NCBI RefSeq assembly: GCF_022539665.2
Contig: NC_081331.1
Location: 8,680,001 to 8,744,000, forward strand
Direction: 5' to 3'
Source of the DNA: Daphnia carinata
Taxonomy: Eukaryota
Length of the DNA stretch: 64,000 bases
Notes under the pieces: generated by a model
Seen by the model: the letters and a program-made list of their open reading frames with translations, nothing else
Told to the model about the DNA's origin: nothing
The model's database searches: none
Part shown: in pieces, positions 1-14,292 of the stretch
Layout of the letters: each line of letters opens with the position of its first letter
Position numbering within the stretch: position 1 is the first letter of the stretch
Translations under genes and position numbers: made by a program

Positions 1-145
1 GTTTATCGGGTGATTAGATATTGTTATTTTAGAAGAAAAGTATAATTACAATTACGTGAGATTAAAGTCATTTGCAATTAAACTATTATTTACTTTTTAG
101 CCATGGCCTTTGATTATTAAACATTTAATAATATTATATATGGAT

Positions 146-615
146 CAGACTTGCCGCGCCGATCAATTTTCCGATCGCGATCTCCGATCCGATCTTTTGA
201 GTTTGATCGGATCGGGCGATCCGATCAAACTGCGAAAGATCGGATCGGCGATCAAATTTTGCCGATCATTTTTAGCGATCATTTTTGTGCAGCATCTAAC
301 GGTAAAAATTTACACTGTTTCGCGAAAATAGCATTGGCTGTCACAGCGACAGTCACTGGCGGCCATTGAGGGTGAACACTAAACAGTTTCCTTCAATTGG
401 CATTCGCATAAATAGCAGTGAAATAGAACCCTGCGGCTGAAAATCTACAGCTAGATGGCGAAAAGTTTGATCGCTAAAAACGATCGGATCGCGATCAATT
501 TTTTGGGATCGCCGATCCGATCTCCGATCTTTTTCAAAAGATCGGATCGGCGATCAATTTTTTGATCGGAGATCGGATCGGCGATCAATTTTTGATCGCG
601 ATCGCGGCAAGTCTG
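146..615. mobile_element. Non-autonomous hAT-type MITE (470 bp)
   Basis: 13-bp TIR CAGACTTGCCGCG (146-158) / CGCGGCAAGTCTG (603-615). Perfect 8-bp TSD ATATGGAT (138-145 and 616-623). Dense subterminal GATC/CGATC repeats at both ends. 8-bp TSD with CAG terminus is typical of hAT. Confidence 0.9.
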
Positions 616-1574
616 ATATGGATTATTATATACTTTTAAAAAATTGGCTTAGTAAAAAAAATAGCTTGCAACATTGTCTTTAACGTTCAAATTCAAATTT
701 AAATTCAACAAACTAACAAAAAAATGAATTTCAGGGAAAATGACCATATTGACTAAAGTTCAGATATGTATAAAACTAAGAAAAAAATCATGTACAATAA
801 TATCTGAAAAATTTATTGGAGGAAAATGAATGCAGTCCATTTTGCGCTGCAGGGGGGGGGGTTCCATTTGTCGTAAAGTGTACCGTTCGTTGGATTAAAT
901 TTTATGTTTCATTGTACAAAATTTTTACCCAATCAATAATTAGCCCTGTGATAAAAATTGCTCTTTTCTATTACTGTGTGCTTTCTATATAGCATGTAAA
1001 TTTTCAATGAAAATTTGAGTTTGTTTTACAATTTTTGATAAATAGAATACCGATGTAAACGATAGCGGATTTCTTGGTAGTTGGAATCCTTGGTTATTAT
1101 GATGCACGTCGGAAAAAGCAGTCCGCAGTTTACCCTGCTGGTCCGCCCTTTCCCACAGTGCACTAATGAAACAGCCCGCATTTTACGCGTTAATCCCCGA
1201 AAAATCGAAAAAAAATTTTTGGCCCAGTCCGCAGCCAAAAATCCGCAGTTTACCTAGTCCGCGTCTGCACTTTACTCTGCCCCGAAGTTTGTGCTACAAG
1301 GTCCGTTTAGCAACACTAGCAAAATCATTCCTACTTCTTTGCATAATTGTAATCTTACTTGGCTTTTCTCTATCTAGAAGTCCATGTCTGTGTAAGTAAC
1401 TCAAAAATACATGACGTGAGCTGATATTACACTAATCTAACAGCAAAAAATTTGGGTACATGGCTTACAAGAAGTATGTGTTAAAAAAAACTAGATTTTG
1501 TGCTGTTTCGTGGTTATCCATGAATAATCTCATTATCCGTCTTTAAACAGGAATCGTACTGAAATTTAACGAGA

Positions 1575-2889
1575 ATGACAAAGAAACGTGCTTGCGTTAT
1601 CGTATTAGGAGATGTAGGGAGGAGCCCAAGGATGCAGTATCATGCCTTGTCACTAGCAAAAGAAGAATATGATGTGGATGTTGTAGGATATAGCGGATCA
1701 TCCCCTTATTCGGATGTTTTGTTTTCTTCTAGAATTTCATTTCATTTTATGAAGCAGCCTCCAGTGTTTAGTTACAGTAATAGAGTTTATTTGTTCCATC
1801 AGATTTTTTACTTGTAATTTTTTTTTAGTTCTACCGAAGTTCATCTCCTACTTCCTCAAAGTTATTTGGCAAACCTGTTTCTTGGCATGGATTCTCTTGT
1901 GGATACCGAAACCAAATTTCTATCTTGTCCAAAACCCTCCGTCAGTTCCTACATTACCAATTTGTTGGTTGATTTCCAGACTTCGTAGATCTCAGCTTAT
2001 AATTGATTGGCACAATTATGGTACTTATGAAGTAGTAAACATTGTATTTGAAAACCACGAAAATTTATTGAAAATTATGTCAAGTGCTATTGTATTGATG
2101 TTCTTAGGATACACAATCATGGGACTTGTTATTGGTCCAAACCATATCCTCACAAGAATTTCGTATCATATTGAAGCTCTGTTTGGAAGATTCGCTAACT
2201 TAAATTTTTGTGTAACAAAAGCTATGAGTTATGATCTTCAGCAAAACTGGGGAGTTCGGTAGGTGATAAGTTTGACCTTCAGTTGTAAATTTGCTGTGTA
2301 ATTTTTACCAGAATTTTCTTCTAGTGCCATTACGCTGTATGATCGGCCTGCCGAGATCTTCCAACCTGTCTCATTACCAGAAAAGCATGAACTTTTTCTC
2401 AAATTGGGAAAGGATTATCATGAATTCTCCTCCAGCCGACCGGATGACACCCTTTTAACAGAACGATTCGCCGATGGCCAAGTCCGACTACGTGAAGATC
2501 GCCCTGGTCTTCTTATATCAAGCACATCTTGGACGGAGGATGAGGATTTCTCTATTTTACTCGATGCACTGGATGGTTGGTATATACATTTTTTAATAAA
2601 AATGATTGAAGTTTTCAGAGCTTGCAATTTTTTTCGTGCAGAATACGAATTAAATCGATCGGTCAATTCGTCGGATTATCCGCCATTGATGTGTGTTATA
2701 ACAGGAAAAGGACCGCTAAAAAGTTACTACAGCAACATTATTCAAGCAAAGCAGTGGCAGCATGTAGAAATCTGCACCCCTTGGCTCGAACCAGAAGATT
2801 ATCCAAAGCTCATCGGTAAAACTAAAATGGAAAACACATATTTATGTATTCTAATAATAGTAATTGTAACAATTTTTTGTTGTTGTTTT

Positions 2890-2920
<31 letters not shown>

Positions 2921-3443
2921 TTCAATTTTTTTTGTGGCTTATTTTAATGCCGTCATGGTTTCAGCCAGTGCTGACCTTGGAGTATGCCTTCATACATCTT
3001 CATCTGGCTTTGACTTACCGATGAAAGTGGTCGACATGTTCGGATGCGGCTTGCCTGTCTGCGCCGTCGGATACAACTGGTTAATTAACAATGATCTGAT
3101 TTGGCATACAAAAGTTCTTTTGTTTTTTTGCATTGTTGTTTTGCTCATAAAATTGTCTCTTCGTTTTCAGTTTAGATGAGCTGATTACGGATAAAGAAAA
3201 CGGGATGATCTTTAAGACAGCAGGTGATATTTTTACCTTGATTCTGATGCCTATCAAATAAACCGATTATGTTTTTGAGCAGGGGACTTAGCTGACCAAC
3301 TACTGAATTGGTTCCATGGTTTTCCGCGAGATAACGAGGAGAATCGACAATTTTACAGACAAAATCTGAAAGTCTATCAAAATCTCCGCTGGCACGAAGA
3401 ATGGAGGAAAATAGTACTTCCTCATTTGCCATCAACTAACTGA
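1575..3443 (+). CDS. ALG1: Chitobiosyldiphosphodolichol beta-mannosyltransferase (ALG1), 8 coding exons, ~432 aa
   Basis: Motifs [93 protein letters not shown]. Exons 1575-1776, 1829-2020, 2108-2258, 2325-2575, 2642-2815, 2965-3079, 3171-3223, 3283-3443, all GT-AG and phase-consistent (1299 nt). Confidence 0.96.
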
Positions 3444-4102
3444 CTGTTTCTTGTGTTAACGTGCAGTAGAGGTCAAGAAATCTATATTCAACTTCCATTG
3501 GTCATTCAGTAAAATTGATAATTACGAACGTGATATGCCAACTGAATATAATATTTTCTCGTAGCTGTGGTCAAGTGCGTCTTCGTTACGTGAATACCTT
3601 CAATTTTACATTTATCACAAATTCAGTGACACGTCTTCCATTGGCAAACTAAAAAAAATGTCGCAGGAATGTTAAAGATGGTTCAAGCAATTAAATGATT
3701 GGAAAAGAAAGGGTTTATTAATTATTAACTCAATGGTGACTGCAATGGAAGTATAAAGCCTAATATTAAACAATTCGTCCCTTTAAAAATAAAAATGTTC
3801 AGCTACGGATCGTAATTTGCGAAAACTATAAACTCGTGAAAATATTTTTCTATTAAAAGCTGTTTCTAAGTTTGCCTGTAAGGTTCAGTAATTGAAATGA
3901 TGCGCAATTCAGCTCATTTGGGACTCATTCTACATGAGTTCTATGCCGACGCCGATGCTTGAAGTACTTAACCTTATAAAGCAAGTTTGGTGGCATAACT
4001 TTGCTTCCCTTCGGAGCCTCGAGCATGACACAATTCACCTAGAAACGGACACCGATGTCACCTCGCCCCTCTCTTTACTGGGCCCTCTATTGCAAGGTAC
4101 CA

Positions 4103-4171
4103 CTCTCGCTCTCTCTCTTTCTCTCTCTCTCTTTGTATATATATCTATCTCTCTCTGTCTCTCTCTCTCTT
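4103..4171. repeat. Interrupted (CT)n microsatellite
   Basis: Direct reading of the sequence. Confidence 0.85.
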
Positions 4172-5474
4172 TCTTGAAACACGACCGCATTCGAAGGTAA
4201 AAGGCCAGTTTCGAATTCTTAGGGCGAATTTACGCAACTGCTACGTCCGCCTGCCCCAGATTTCTGGCGTAGCAGTCTTCATGGAGAATTAGATGTGTTT
4301 TCAAAAGTGAGCCAAGAATAAGACCCCGGAGCACCGTAGGAAATATTTTGGCTCACATTTGTTATTAGAATTTGGCTCGTATCCAGAAAACTTGAACACT
4401 CACACCTCACCGCTACAATCGGGAGCAGAACCCGTTACAACCCAGAAAATCAACTCTTACTAAGTACGCAGATGCTGTGCTTCAGTATTTTCATTTTTAG
4501 CGGCGTACTCATCTTTGTCTTCTATGAATGACGCACATGACAACATCGTATAGGGATTGAAATCAGGTGCTTAATTAACAAACAATTTAAGTGGAAGAAA
4601 TATTCATTCTTGTCCCATACAGCTAAGCATGACTGCAACAGAGTGCTTCGTGAAATATTTAAACCAAACTAATTTACCGAATGTATGTAAAATGAATAGT
4701 AAGGTGAATTCTAACAAATGCAAAGTGATATCGCATGGCCAAAAAGAGATGAACGCAGGGAATGTGACATAACTGAATTGCAGTCAACATAACAATAATG
4801 CAATCGCATGGCAGGCTTTATTTTTTCTCTTGCATCACATGGCAACCATTGTGCAGTATCCAAAGTCCGTACTAGCTGACAGTAAGCCGGCTTCTGTTTA
4901 ACAGCAGAGAGGAAGCTCTACTAAGTGTGCGTAAGCCGTAAAAAGATATTAAATATTCCGGAACTTAGTGTGCAGCTAAGGGCTCTCTCAGAGACATTTT
5001 TTCACATTCTGCTGGTAATGAAAAATAGAACAAAAGCTATTAAGAGTGACCTAACTGGGTAACTACTGAAGTTTCTCTAAACAAGTTTGAGCCGAGCTGA
5101 GATAGAACTGTGACATTGACCCAACAGATTGGCCTTTACAGCAATAGTGTAAACTGAGCGAAGGCCGGTAAAAAACCAGTTTGAATACGAATAACAAACT
5201 TCTCTTTACTTACTCTTGGATCGATTTTTTTCTCGACAACTGGCTTATTCTGATACAGTAAAAACTAAAAGTATGACAACAACAACAGCTGCCAAAAAAA
5301 AAAAAAATGATGAGATTAAAGGATTTTATTTAGCATTCGAGGTCTCCACTGCTAAAGTCATATGCTAGTAACTAGCATTTGCAGTTTACCAGTGTTATCT
5401 AGGTCAAAGCAGTACCGGTTGTGCCAATCAACACCCGTACGGCCTTGATGACGTAGCCAAATAGTTGGTGTTTC

Positions 5475-5573
5475 ATTTTTGTTTTTTGTTTTTTTCTTTT
5501 TTTTTGTTGTTTTTTGTTGTTTTTTTTGTGCGTGTGAGTGTGTGTGTGTGGGTGTGTGTATGTGTGTGTGTGT
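5475..5573. repeat. T-rich tract followed by interrupted (GT)n microsatellite
   Basis: Direct reading. The overlapping minus-strand ORFs (THTH.../KKK) are artefacts of this repeat. Confidence 0.85.
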
Positions 5574-8500
5574 ATAGCCCAGTGAAAGAATGCGATTACG
5601 TGGAACCAATATGGCTCGGTGGTCTGTCTGTTTACTTGTGACAAATTGTTAGAATGAGCCACGGAAGGAAATAGCTTTAACCATCTCTACCACAAAATTC
5701 CGGTAGTCTTCGCTTGGCTATTATTGTCTCAGGCCGCCTATGAAACATGGGGGTTGTCTAGGAGACCAATTCTTATTTCGCAACCTTAACATACTAGCCT
5801 TCAAATATCAATTTAAAACTTCTAAAGAATCGTGACGACTGAAAAAAAAAGCATCGGTTCAGTTGGAAGCAACAGCTTTAGAGATCCAGCTGCATACGTA
5901 ACTAGGTGTAGGTACATTGAAATCAAAATAAACAGGCAAAGTGCTGGCCGTGGCTGGCGGAATTGTCAATTCGTCCGTGCTGTTAGTTAAATCGTAATAT
6001 TAATTGGCAACGACATTCATTTTTGGTATTTTGATTTTCTGCCAGCCCTCAACTTTCACTTTTCCTGGTGCAAGTTGCAAGCAAGTGGAAGGCATGTACG
6101 CACACGCTTTACCTCCGCGTTCGTGCGCACCAGGTAGCCCCAAAGGCGTCCATTTCTTTATTCAGGTAAAATATATAATATGTAAAGGCCGGTTGTTGCA
6201 TCGAAACACCCTTGAGATAGATATGCTCTAGGGAGAGAGAGAGAGGGAAAAAGACAAAGAGAAATTTAGTTGAGCAAATGCCAACTTGGATCGATCGTCG
6301 TTGGTAGAACTGCAGCCAATATTGTTGTCAGATAGCAAATGCTTCGTAATGTATCCTACTTTCCTTCTCGGCACGAATGCACGAGTTATACTTAAAATTC
6401 GGTAACGTTTTGTATTGGCTTGCCAGAGTGCTGCCCTTTGAAATTCGATGACCTTAGAGATAGTTGCGCACGCTCTTGATACGGCACGCTTTAGTACCGT
6501 GCGCCTTAGGAGGAGTCATCTTTTTTTTGTTTTGTTTTTGTTTTTATTTTTATTTTTCCTTTCTGTTTTTTTTTGTTTCTTTTTTCTTCCTTTTGTTTTG
6601 TTTTTGCTTATTTCAATTTTCCTATCAAATAACTGCCGCCTTAACTCTACCGTTGTCGAAACAAACTTGGCCAGCAATATAGTTTTCCCGTTTTTGTCAG
6701 TTATATCGCCGTAACCATTCGTTCACTTTCTTACTTGAATAATGACTCAAAACTAGAAATCACGGTAGCTAAAAAAATTTGAAAGTAAGCATATGTATTT
6801 ATGTATTACATTGATTGAATCTTCGCTTAATGAATTACAACAGGTTTTATCTATCAATTTTCCAATCAACGAATTAAGAACGGGTGCGCTTGATATCCGA
6901 TTGAACACGAGCCGACTTTCTAGTAACTAAAGCAAAAAAACGCATTTTCGACAAAGCGTTAGACCGAAATGAAATAATGAACAAGCCTTAGGGCTCCTTA
7001 CACAAAACAACATTCACTTGGTGTGACGAGGAATGTCACGCTTGTATTAGCATGGGTCTTTTCGATATCCGCACTGATGACGACACCATGTAACGTTCTC
7101 AACGTTGCACTTGTTTGACGGGTCATCATTTCTTTTGGTTCGGTTTTTAATCGGCAATAGGCAATTCTAAGCAGAAAAAACGCTTAATTGGAGCAATTCT
7201 TTTTGGTGCACGTACAGTGGTGCTGGTGACACTGTTAGCAACATTACTAACGAATGCGTTTTTCATGCTATTATAAATTTTTTGGCTCGTGTATTAATTC
7301 TTTCCATAGTAGGAGGCCGAACTGGTGCAGAGAAAGGCACATGTGAGCAACGAAACAAAAGAATACCGTTTCGTTTGCTACAGTACACTGATGAATAACA
7401 CTTTCGGACGACCTAGCACATGTTAATTGGCAAGTATGGGCATGGCACAGGCCATACTGAATGTTCTTTTATAGGAGATGTGCATGGGAGGGGTCGTCTT
7501 GTTGTGCCTCTATGCAGGGCTCATTAAATTCCTTGTCTGTAAAATGTTATCTATGGCTGCAGTTAACCCCCTTTGCTTGTCTTTATATACAAAGTTATCA
7601 ACTCTTTCACATTTCATGGAGAACTTTTGAGCTTGATTCGAAGGCCATGCTGCCTAATCTCATAGAACCCTGCAGCAAGCGAAGGAAGATCATTGTTGCA
7701 ATAACAGCAACTACGAGATTGGCTGCCAAGCTATTTCATCTTCCCTTCTGCCTTATCTTTATCTTATTTTAAGTCATCTGATCCCACCGATTTATTTGCC
7801 TTTTTTGTCCCATTAACGGAGCTGTCCAATAACTACAGTTTCTCGTTTCTCTAGTTGGATGAAACGCTTACTGTGACCTCCCACGCAAACAAGTGGTTCA
7901 CCGTGTACGCGATTATTATTTCTCGAATGTAAAACCATTGCTTTTAATAAACAAAGGATGAATATATCTGAACTGAAGACATCACAATGACTGGAGAGTG
8001 ATGATTCTAGAATTGCTTGCGATTGCCCCTTTGGTTCGTCTTCTTTATTCCCATTCCACTTTCTTGTTATGGATTCTTTTGGATTTTCGCAAAAATTTTG
8101 ATTCTTTTTTGCTCTTCCATCACATTGCCGTTTTCCACTCACAGGCATATTTCATTTCACTAAAAACAATTCTTTTCGGTATTTCTTGACGTCGCCGATT
8201 CAAGTGTGTGTTTTGAAATGTTTCTTAGAAAACAAGCCTTAGAGGAGAAATTGCGTTTTTTTATTTTTAATCACGTGAAGCTCTGACGTCACAATCAGCG
8301 ACCTCCCCATAGGCTACTACGGGACGTGTATATAGAGGGGGTTTATGAAAAAAATAATAATTACGACAGGAAAGAGGGAGAGAGGGGGATCTATAATTTC
8401 AGAAGTCTCTTTCGTAATTACAATTAGTATGTGTGAATTAGGCCTAGGGTTCAGAATTGAGGAAAAGGAGCATAATCAAAGTTACGTGTGTCCTGTAGTA

Positions 8501-11500
8501 TGATAACAATAGTCATTCTACTTGGCGTTCTTATTAATTATAACGCCAGGCTTTAGGTCGGCTTAAGTAATGCTGCGCTACCCATAGTCATACAACCCGC
8601 TGCCACAGTCTGTCTACCCCAGCTACCGGCGCAGCTGCCACCGCGCCGGGAAGTCCTTTACCTAACGCGATTGCTCTTTACCTAAAACCAACATTCACCA
8701 TTTAATGCGTCTTCTTTGATACACTCATAAACCGTAGGCTTACTTCTTCGCGTAGTTCGGTTCGGAATGACCAGTGGCAATGTCAATGCGACTGGTGAAG
8801 TGCTAAACTGTTGGCAATCTAGAAGTCAACAGGTGAGAATCCCCCGATGTCTGCCTTTCTTTTTCAATTCGAATCGTTCCAACGCCATCCTGTAGGCACA
8901 ATATTCGTTGTGTCTTGAAATTTTTTAATGGCCCGGCAGTGGAGACTACACGGCTTCATCTCAACAAAAGTGTCTATTCACAGAAGAAGAGAATTTCTAA
9001 TTTCGAAAAATTGGCTATTAAGCTAAGAAAATATACGTGTTTTCATAATGTCTATTTTTGGTTCTTTAGTTCATCAAAGTGTTCAAAAAAGCCAGTCATT
9101 TTAGTGAACTCAATACACTTTGGAAATTTAGCCCATCACGAGTCGGTCGAGGCCAATGAAATCTACATATTCCGTGAACATGGTACTGACGAAACCTAGT
9201 TACGTACAGATAAACTTGAAATCAAAAAGTGTCTCTTCGGAATTTCTATGACGCAATCCTTTTCTTTGTCATAGATGCGCTTGGCTGTTTGTCTGTTTGG
9301 TTGTATTATTTCATTCTATTTTAATGGTTTTCTATTTTTTATTTATTTATTTTTTGTTGATTATTATTTTTGTGTCTAGTTATGTGTTATTGTATCTATG
9401 TTATGTTATCTCTTTTTGTAGCTATTTTCTTGCTTAATTTTTGATGAAGCATTTGACAAATTCTGGCTGTCACAGGCTCCATTTTGGTATACTAAATTAA
9501 ATTAAATATAATATCACAGTTTTAGTGCGCAATTTAAAAAAAATCGTTGTCATTTTAAATCCGATCAATTACTTTTTTTTAAAAATCGCCTAGACTTGTA
9601 TAATATGCCCAATCTCCTTAATCAGCAGTAAAACGGCTACGTTAGGCAATAACAATCACGCATAGTTGTTCCGCCAATTGAGCATTTATTAGTCATATGG
9701 AAAATCTCAGCGGCCCTACACAAATAATATACGCCGTGGGAATAATAATAACTTATAGGCTTCTGGCGTAGGTTTCATATTTGCCGAAATTATATATTGG
9801 CATTGGGGGAAATCGGTGGAAAGCAAAAGGTTAAATGAAAGACAGATATGATATCCAACAAGGCGAGCTTGATGCTTTGCCAAAATAGTCAAGGTAACCT
9901 AAATGTGGTGAGAGCACTATTTTTCTGTAGCACTCTAATTATCGTGTGCAAGCGGTCAGCAAGCACGTCTTAACACAAAGTACGAAATAAAATGTATAGT
10001 CAAAAAATGAAGGGCGAGAAAAAAACGGAGAAAAAACGAAGAAAAAAACAATAAATAAAAAAAATCGATGAATGTGCTAAATAACCACAACGAAACATTG
10101 GTGGAATTCAGGTTTCACTTAAATAAAGTTTCGTGTTTACCTGTAGCGCAATTATTTATTTTTGGTTTTCCGTCAATCGTTATTCAAATCGACAAACGGA
10201 TCCTAATTTCGAGAGGATACATATAGGAGCACGCTACTATACAGCTATGTTGCCCTATTGCTGTTTGTTTTACCGATATTGTAATATTACGATTTAAGGT
10301 GTTTTTCGATTTTCCACTAGAACGACTATTACAGGTTTTGGCGCCTGCACCCGCTTTCCAGATTTTTTGTTTCTAGATGCAAAGATACCTTACATCGTTG
10401 TGTTACAAGAGTGCTTCAATTTAGAATTGCTCTAAATTTAAAAGGAACACCCAATGTAGGTAAAACTGATGCCTTTACTATGCTCTTCGTGTATGTATGT
10501 CGGATAAAATTTTTCGCGTTTCCTTGAATGAAAGCCTAATTTTTTCCGAAATTTACCCCTTGAAAATACTTGCGCGTTTAGCGCTTAAGTTGGATGAAGT
10601 CAGCCTAATGAACGTTTCTTTCGGGACTGTGGTTTCTTTTGTGAAGAGCATTATGTTTTTTTCTTTCAGCTGTCTTTCTCACAATCGGAGTTATGTCGAT
10701 TTTATTTTATTGAACTTTTCAAATTGCAATTTTTCAACAGTTCATAAATGTTTTTTTTTCCGTTTGGAGCCAAATTAAGGCATTATAAGTTGTCGCTTTA
10801 CAAAGCTATAATTAGTCCCGTCGCCGATAAAATTGAAAACGTGGGCGCATGGCTGGTGTTGCTTAGCTACTTGTTACTTTACTTTGCTATGCCTCTCGCC
10901 GTCACCTGCATTGAACAGAGGCTCCGAGCAGTTCGAAAAAACTCGAAAGTTTACCCAGAAGTTCGCTGTATTGTCAGATTGCCTACAGCCGATGGCAGTG
11001 ATATGTCGCAATACAAAAGTAAAATCTGGATTACGTTTTCGTGTTCTAAGGTAACTTTCATTTACCTTCGTTCGAATGGTTAACATATTAGCCAACTTTA
11101 CAATTCAGAGTTTCTCTATCTTAATGCACAGTAATGGGGTACTGATCAAGGCAATAACGGTCTCATTTGATATTGTCCAGCAACACTGCCATCCGCTTTG
11201 AACGTAGAACATTTGAAAATTTACGGGGAAAAAAAGTACAGTTTCCAAATATACATTGTTTACGTTAATGATGCTTTGGATACTCTCGTGTTCTTTTTTT
11301 TTTTGGAGGGGCGGGGGGCATCACGATACGCAGCATTAAAAGCAAAACATACTGCTATGCACAGGATGACATGCAGAAGACATAATTGAACGGTCGAAGC
11401 TGGTCGCCTTGGTTCTTGAGATCACCACCCTTTGGGAAATCTGCAAAATTTGTCCACGTAAAAATTACAATAAGGTATTATTTTAAAGATGCCGGCACTG

Positions 11501-14292
11501 AGGAAGGCTCTAATACGCACAAAATAAAAGGACGCAAAATGTAGCCTATTCCTAGTTCTTTTTCATTGTTGTCGTCTTATTATGGTTGTCATTATTATTA
11601 TTAATTTGCATTATGTTATTTCAGGTTACATAATTTTACGTAATTTATTTATTGATTTGTCTTTTTCGATTCTGTAATTGAAGAAGAGATTCTCCTCATT
11701 GATAGGTCCAGGGCTAAAAGAAAAGATTTTCTTCTTAGGCTTGTGCATTAAAGTCTGGAAAATATGACATTGCCTTGTGCAACTTGGATGCCTTGCCTCG
11801 CCTTTGAAAAGTGAAGGTGAAAAACTGGAACTTGGCTTGTTGAAGAGACAACAAACTCAACAACAAAAGGGGCCGGGCTTGAACCGAAGCCGCTACCTTT
11901 TAAACCAGGGCACGGTTAGCGCGATCATGCTCAGAAACCCTTTCGCTTCTTACGAGGCAGTATATTTTGCGCTCGTGTCTCGTCTTGGTCCGTTGTTGAG
12001 GTAGTTCTTTCGTGGCGCCGGTTGGATCAAAAAGGATTGCCCCCTAATATTCTAAAGCGGGGAGAGCCTTGATCGCTAGCCGTTTGCCGAAAAAACAATC
12101 CAAAAACGAAAAAAAAACCACGAGAAACCCAAACAATACCGAAGAAGCAACTGAAATCAAAATATCAACTCATCTTTGATTTCCTGTTCATCTCGCATGT
12201 GAGCGTGTGGTGTAGGCGTATCACAACATTTTGGCCTAACCAAAACTCTGCCAGTCTCCTCATCTATTAAATTTCAGCCACTCATCGTCTTTGTACGGGT
12301 AAGCAAATTTCGTTCTTAAACTTCTCTTTATCTGTTGGGTCATCGAAAACCCCGTTTTAAACGTATCCCCCCCCCGTCTCTCCACCGACCCTCCCGTCAA
12401 AAAAAAAGGGAAATCAAAAACATTTGTTACTCGAAACCACCTTTTCTTTTATTCGAAAAATTCCTGTAGAAATGTTGAAAAGAAAAGATAGGCTGATAAT
12501 TCCGAGTGAAAACTGGAATATGATCGTGTCGACCTCTCCCCTTTTAACAGTCATCTTATGCAATTGGAAACATGCAGCCTTGGACCAGTTTTCACTGCTA
12601 CCATCATCTGCCCTAAGCTTGCTTGCTGTTCTCAGTAGGTGAATTTCTGATATAATAGACCTTGGCGTAGAAGTTTTCCCGTCGTTCAGTAGCTATTGAC
12701 AATACTTGGAACTCTTTGACCTGGATACCACCAGTACGAAATTGGCTATGATTTTTGAAATCCACGAAGGGCAATTCCTCTTCACGGTTTTTTTTTTTTT
12801 TTGTTGAATGTTGCCTAGAAAGTGTTTAGCGTTCATGCACGTTCAAGAGCTTTCCGTTTTGCAAGCTTGTGTGAAGGTGGTACACGGTCTCGTCAGGGAG
12901 CAGCATTTTATTGACGACTTTAGTTTTAGGGATTTGATGTTCTCAGACACCTTTTCTAATTTTGCCCCCTGTTCGGCATTCACCATGAGATTAGTTTCGT
13001 CTTGAATCATTTTTGGGGTTCAAAAAATTATGAAACCTAATCTTGTTCTGCATGCAAGTTTTTAGATAATAAAATAAACTTCTATCCTTTCTAAAAAAAT
13101 AAATGCAAAGAGAAAACCAAGAGAATGCTCGGTTGTCGAGGACGGGTAATTCTTTTGTTATAAAGCGTAGGCGTAGCTGACACGGTTTTGCGGTTCGCAG
13201 GGAGGGAAGCGTCTGCGATTAAGTGAAGGTCATATTAGCTGAGAACATAACGTTGGTTGGCCGAGAAAGTGTTTGATATGTTTTACTCACGTGAACTACT
13301 TCTCCTTTTTTCCATCCAGCTTTGCTTTATGAGCTCACAGCACAACATCTACAGTTGCTTGTTAAAGTTATTGCCTGGACAATTTCTACTTTCAATTTCA
13401 TTTTCGAGAAGGGCACACTTGCAGCAAAGACTGAACGACAGGATTTGCTAGGGTCATTCTCACACTGTTAAAAATTGAAACTCTTTTTCTAGCGGAATGC
13501 AGATAAAATTCCAGTTCTGAAAACAGCAATACATAATATTCGAGAAAAAGGTAGAAAACCGGAGTTGACCGTCTAGAGACAAACGAGCCGTCTGTTTGAC
13601 TGCCAACTAGACTAGTACATGTTGTTGAGCTATCAGATTGCGTTACGATTAATCAAATACTAACAGATTAGAATAGTGGAATAAAGGTAAGGATTTGTAA
13701 GTTTCACATTTCCAAAAATCGAAGAAAAATCATTAACTTCGGAGCATTACTTTCGGGCCAATTCGTAACAAGAAAAGTGGCTCTAAAATTGCTTTTGGAA
13801 AACAAAATAGTCATATGTGAAAAAAAAATTTTTTCTTTTATTCTTGCTGTCAGTGCACTTGCGATTGTCAAGTAGTTGATATCAAAAGAGAATTGCGAAA
13901 TGCTAGTTCGAGTAAAAAAAAATTAAAATTTTCAATTGCAGAAAATCAAAACTAAGTATTAAAAACATAACAATAGTTTACTTTTTTAAGAACAATTGAA
14001 CGATTTACCGAACTGTAGGCGTGACAGTACCGGTAATATAGTTAGTTTTTATGGTGCATCTTTTTTCATAGGGAACTTAATTTCGTTTGGGTTTTTCCAC
14101 TTTTTGAAAACTAGAAGGCAACTTGCAAAAAAAAGAAAAAAATCGGATTGCCCTATTTTTGTATAAGTGACATTCAGAATGGGAACTTGTTTTAAACTTC
14201 TAACATTCACCAGAATTCTTATTTGCAGGCAACGTTAAACACTTGGTTACTTGTGCTAAAAACATCGCAAACCAAAGTGGCGCAGACGAAGA

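Noticed and set aside
110..369. ORFs at 110-331 and 151-369
   Set aside because: Translations of the MITE's GATC repeats.
1166..1574. Hydrophobic ORF end (FLLLCIIVILLGF) as an N-terminal TM exon of ALG1
   Set aside because: Splicing 1391 to 1551 creates TGA, and the ALG1 frame has a stop upstream of ATG 1575; this is a 5' UTR intron at most.
9184..9222. Hammerhead ribozyme core (CTGACGA...GAAA)
   Set aside because: No pairing stems II/III can be formed. The CTGATGA motifs at ~7074 and ~7388 fail in the same way.
8880..9510. Possible decayed L1/Tx1-like 3' end (ends TAAATTAAATTAAAT)
   Set aside because: Only vague peptide resemblance, with no RT motif or TSD.
10438..11300. Kolobok-like MITE (AAAGGAACAC ... 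GTGTTCTT)
   Set aside because: The inverted match is too short and there is no TTAA duplication at the right end.
3500..14200. Numerous short ORFs in the 10-kb gap
   Set aside because: No recognisable domains or consistent exon chains; many derive from simple repeats. Probably regulatory or UTR-intron DNA of the chitinase-like gene.
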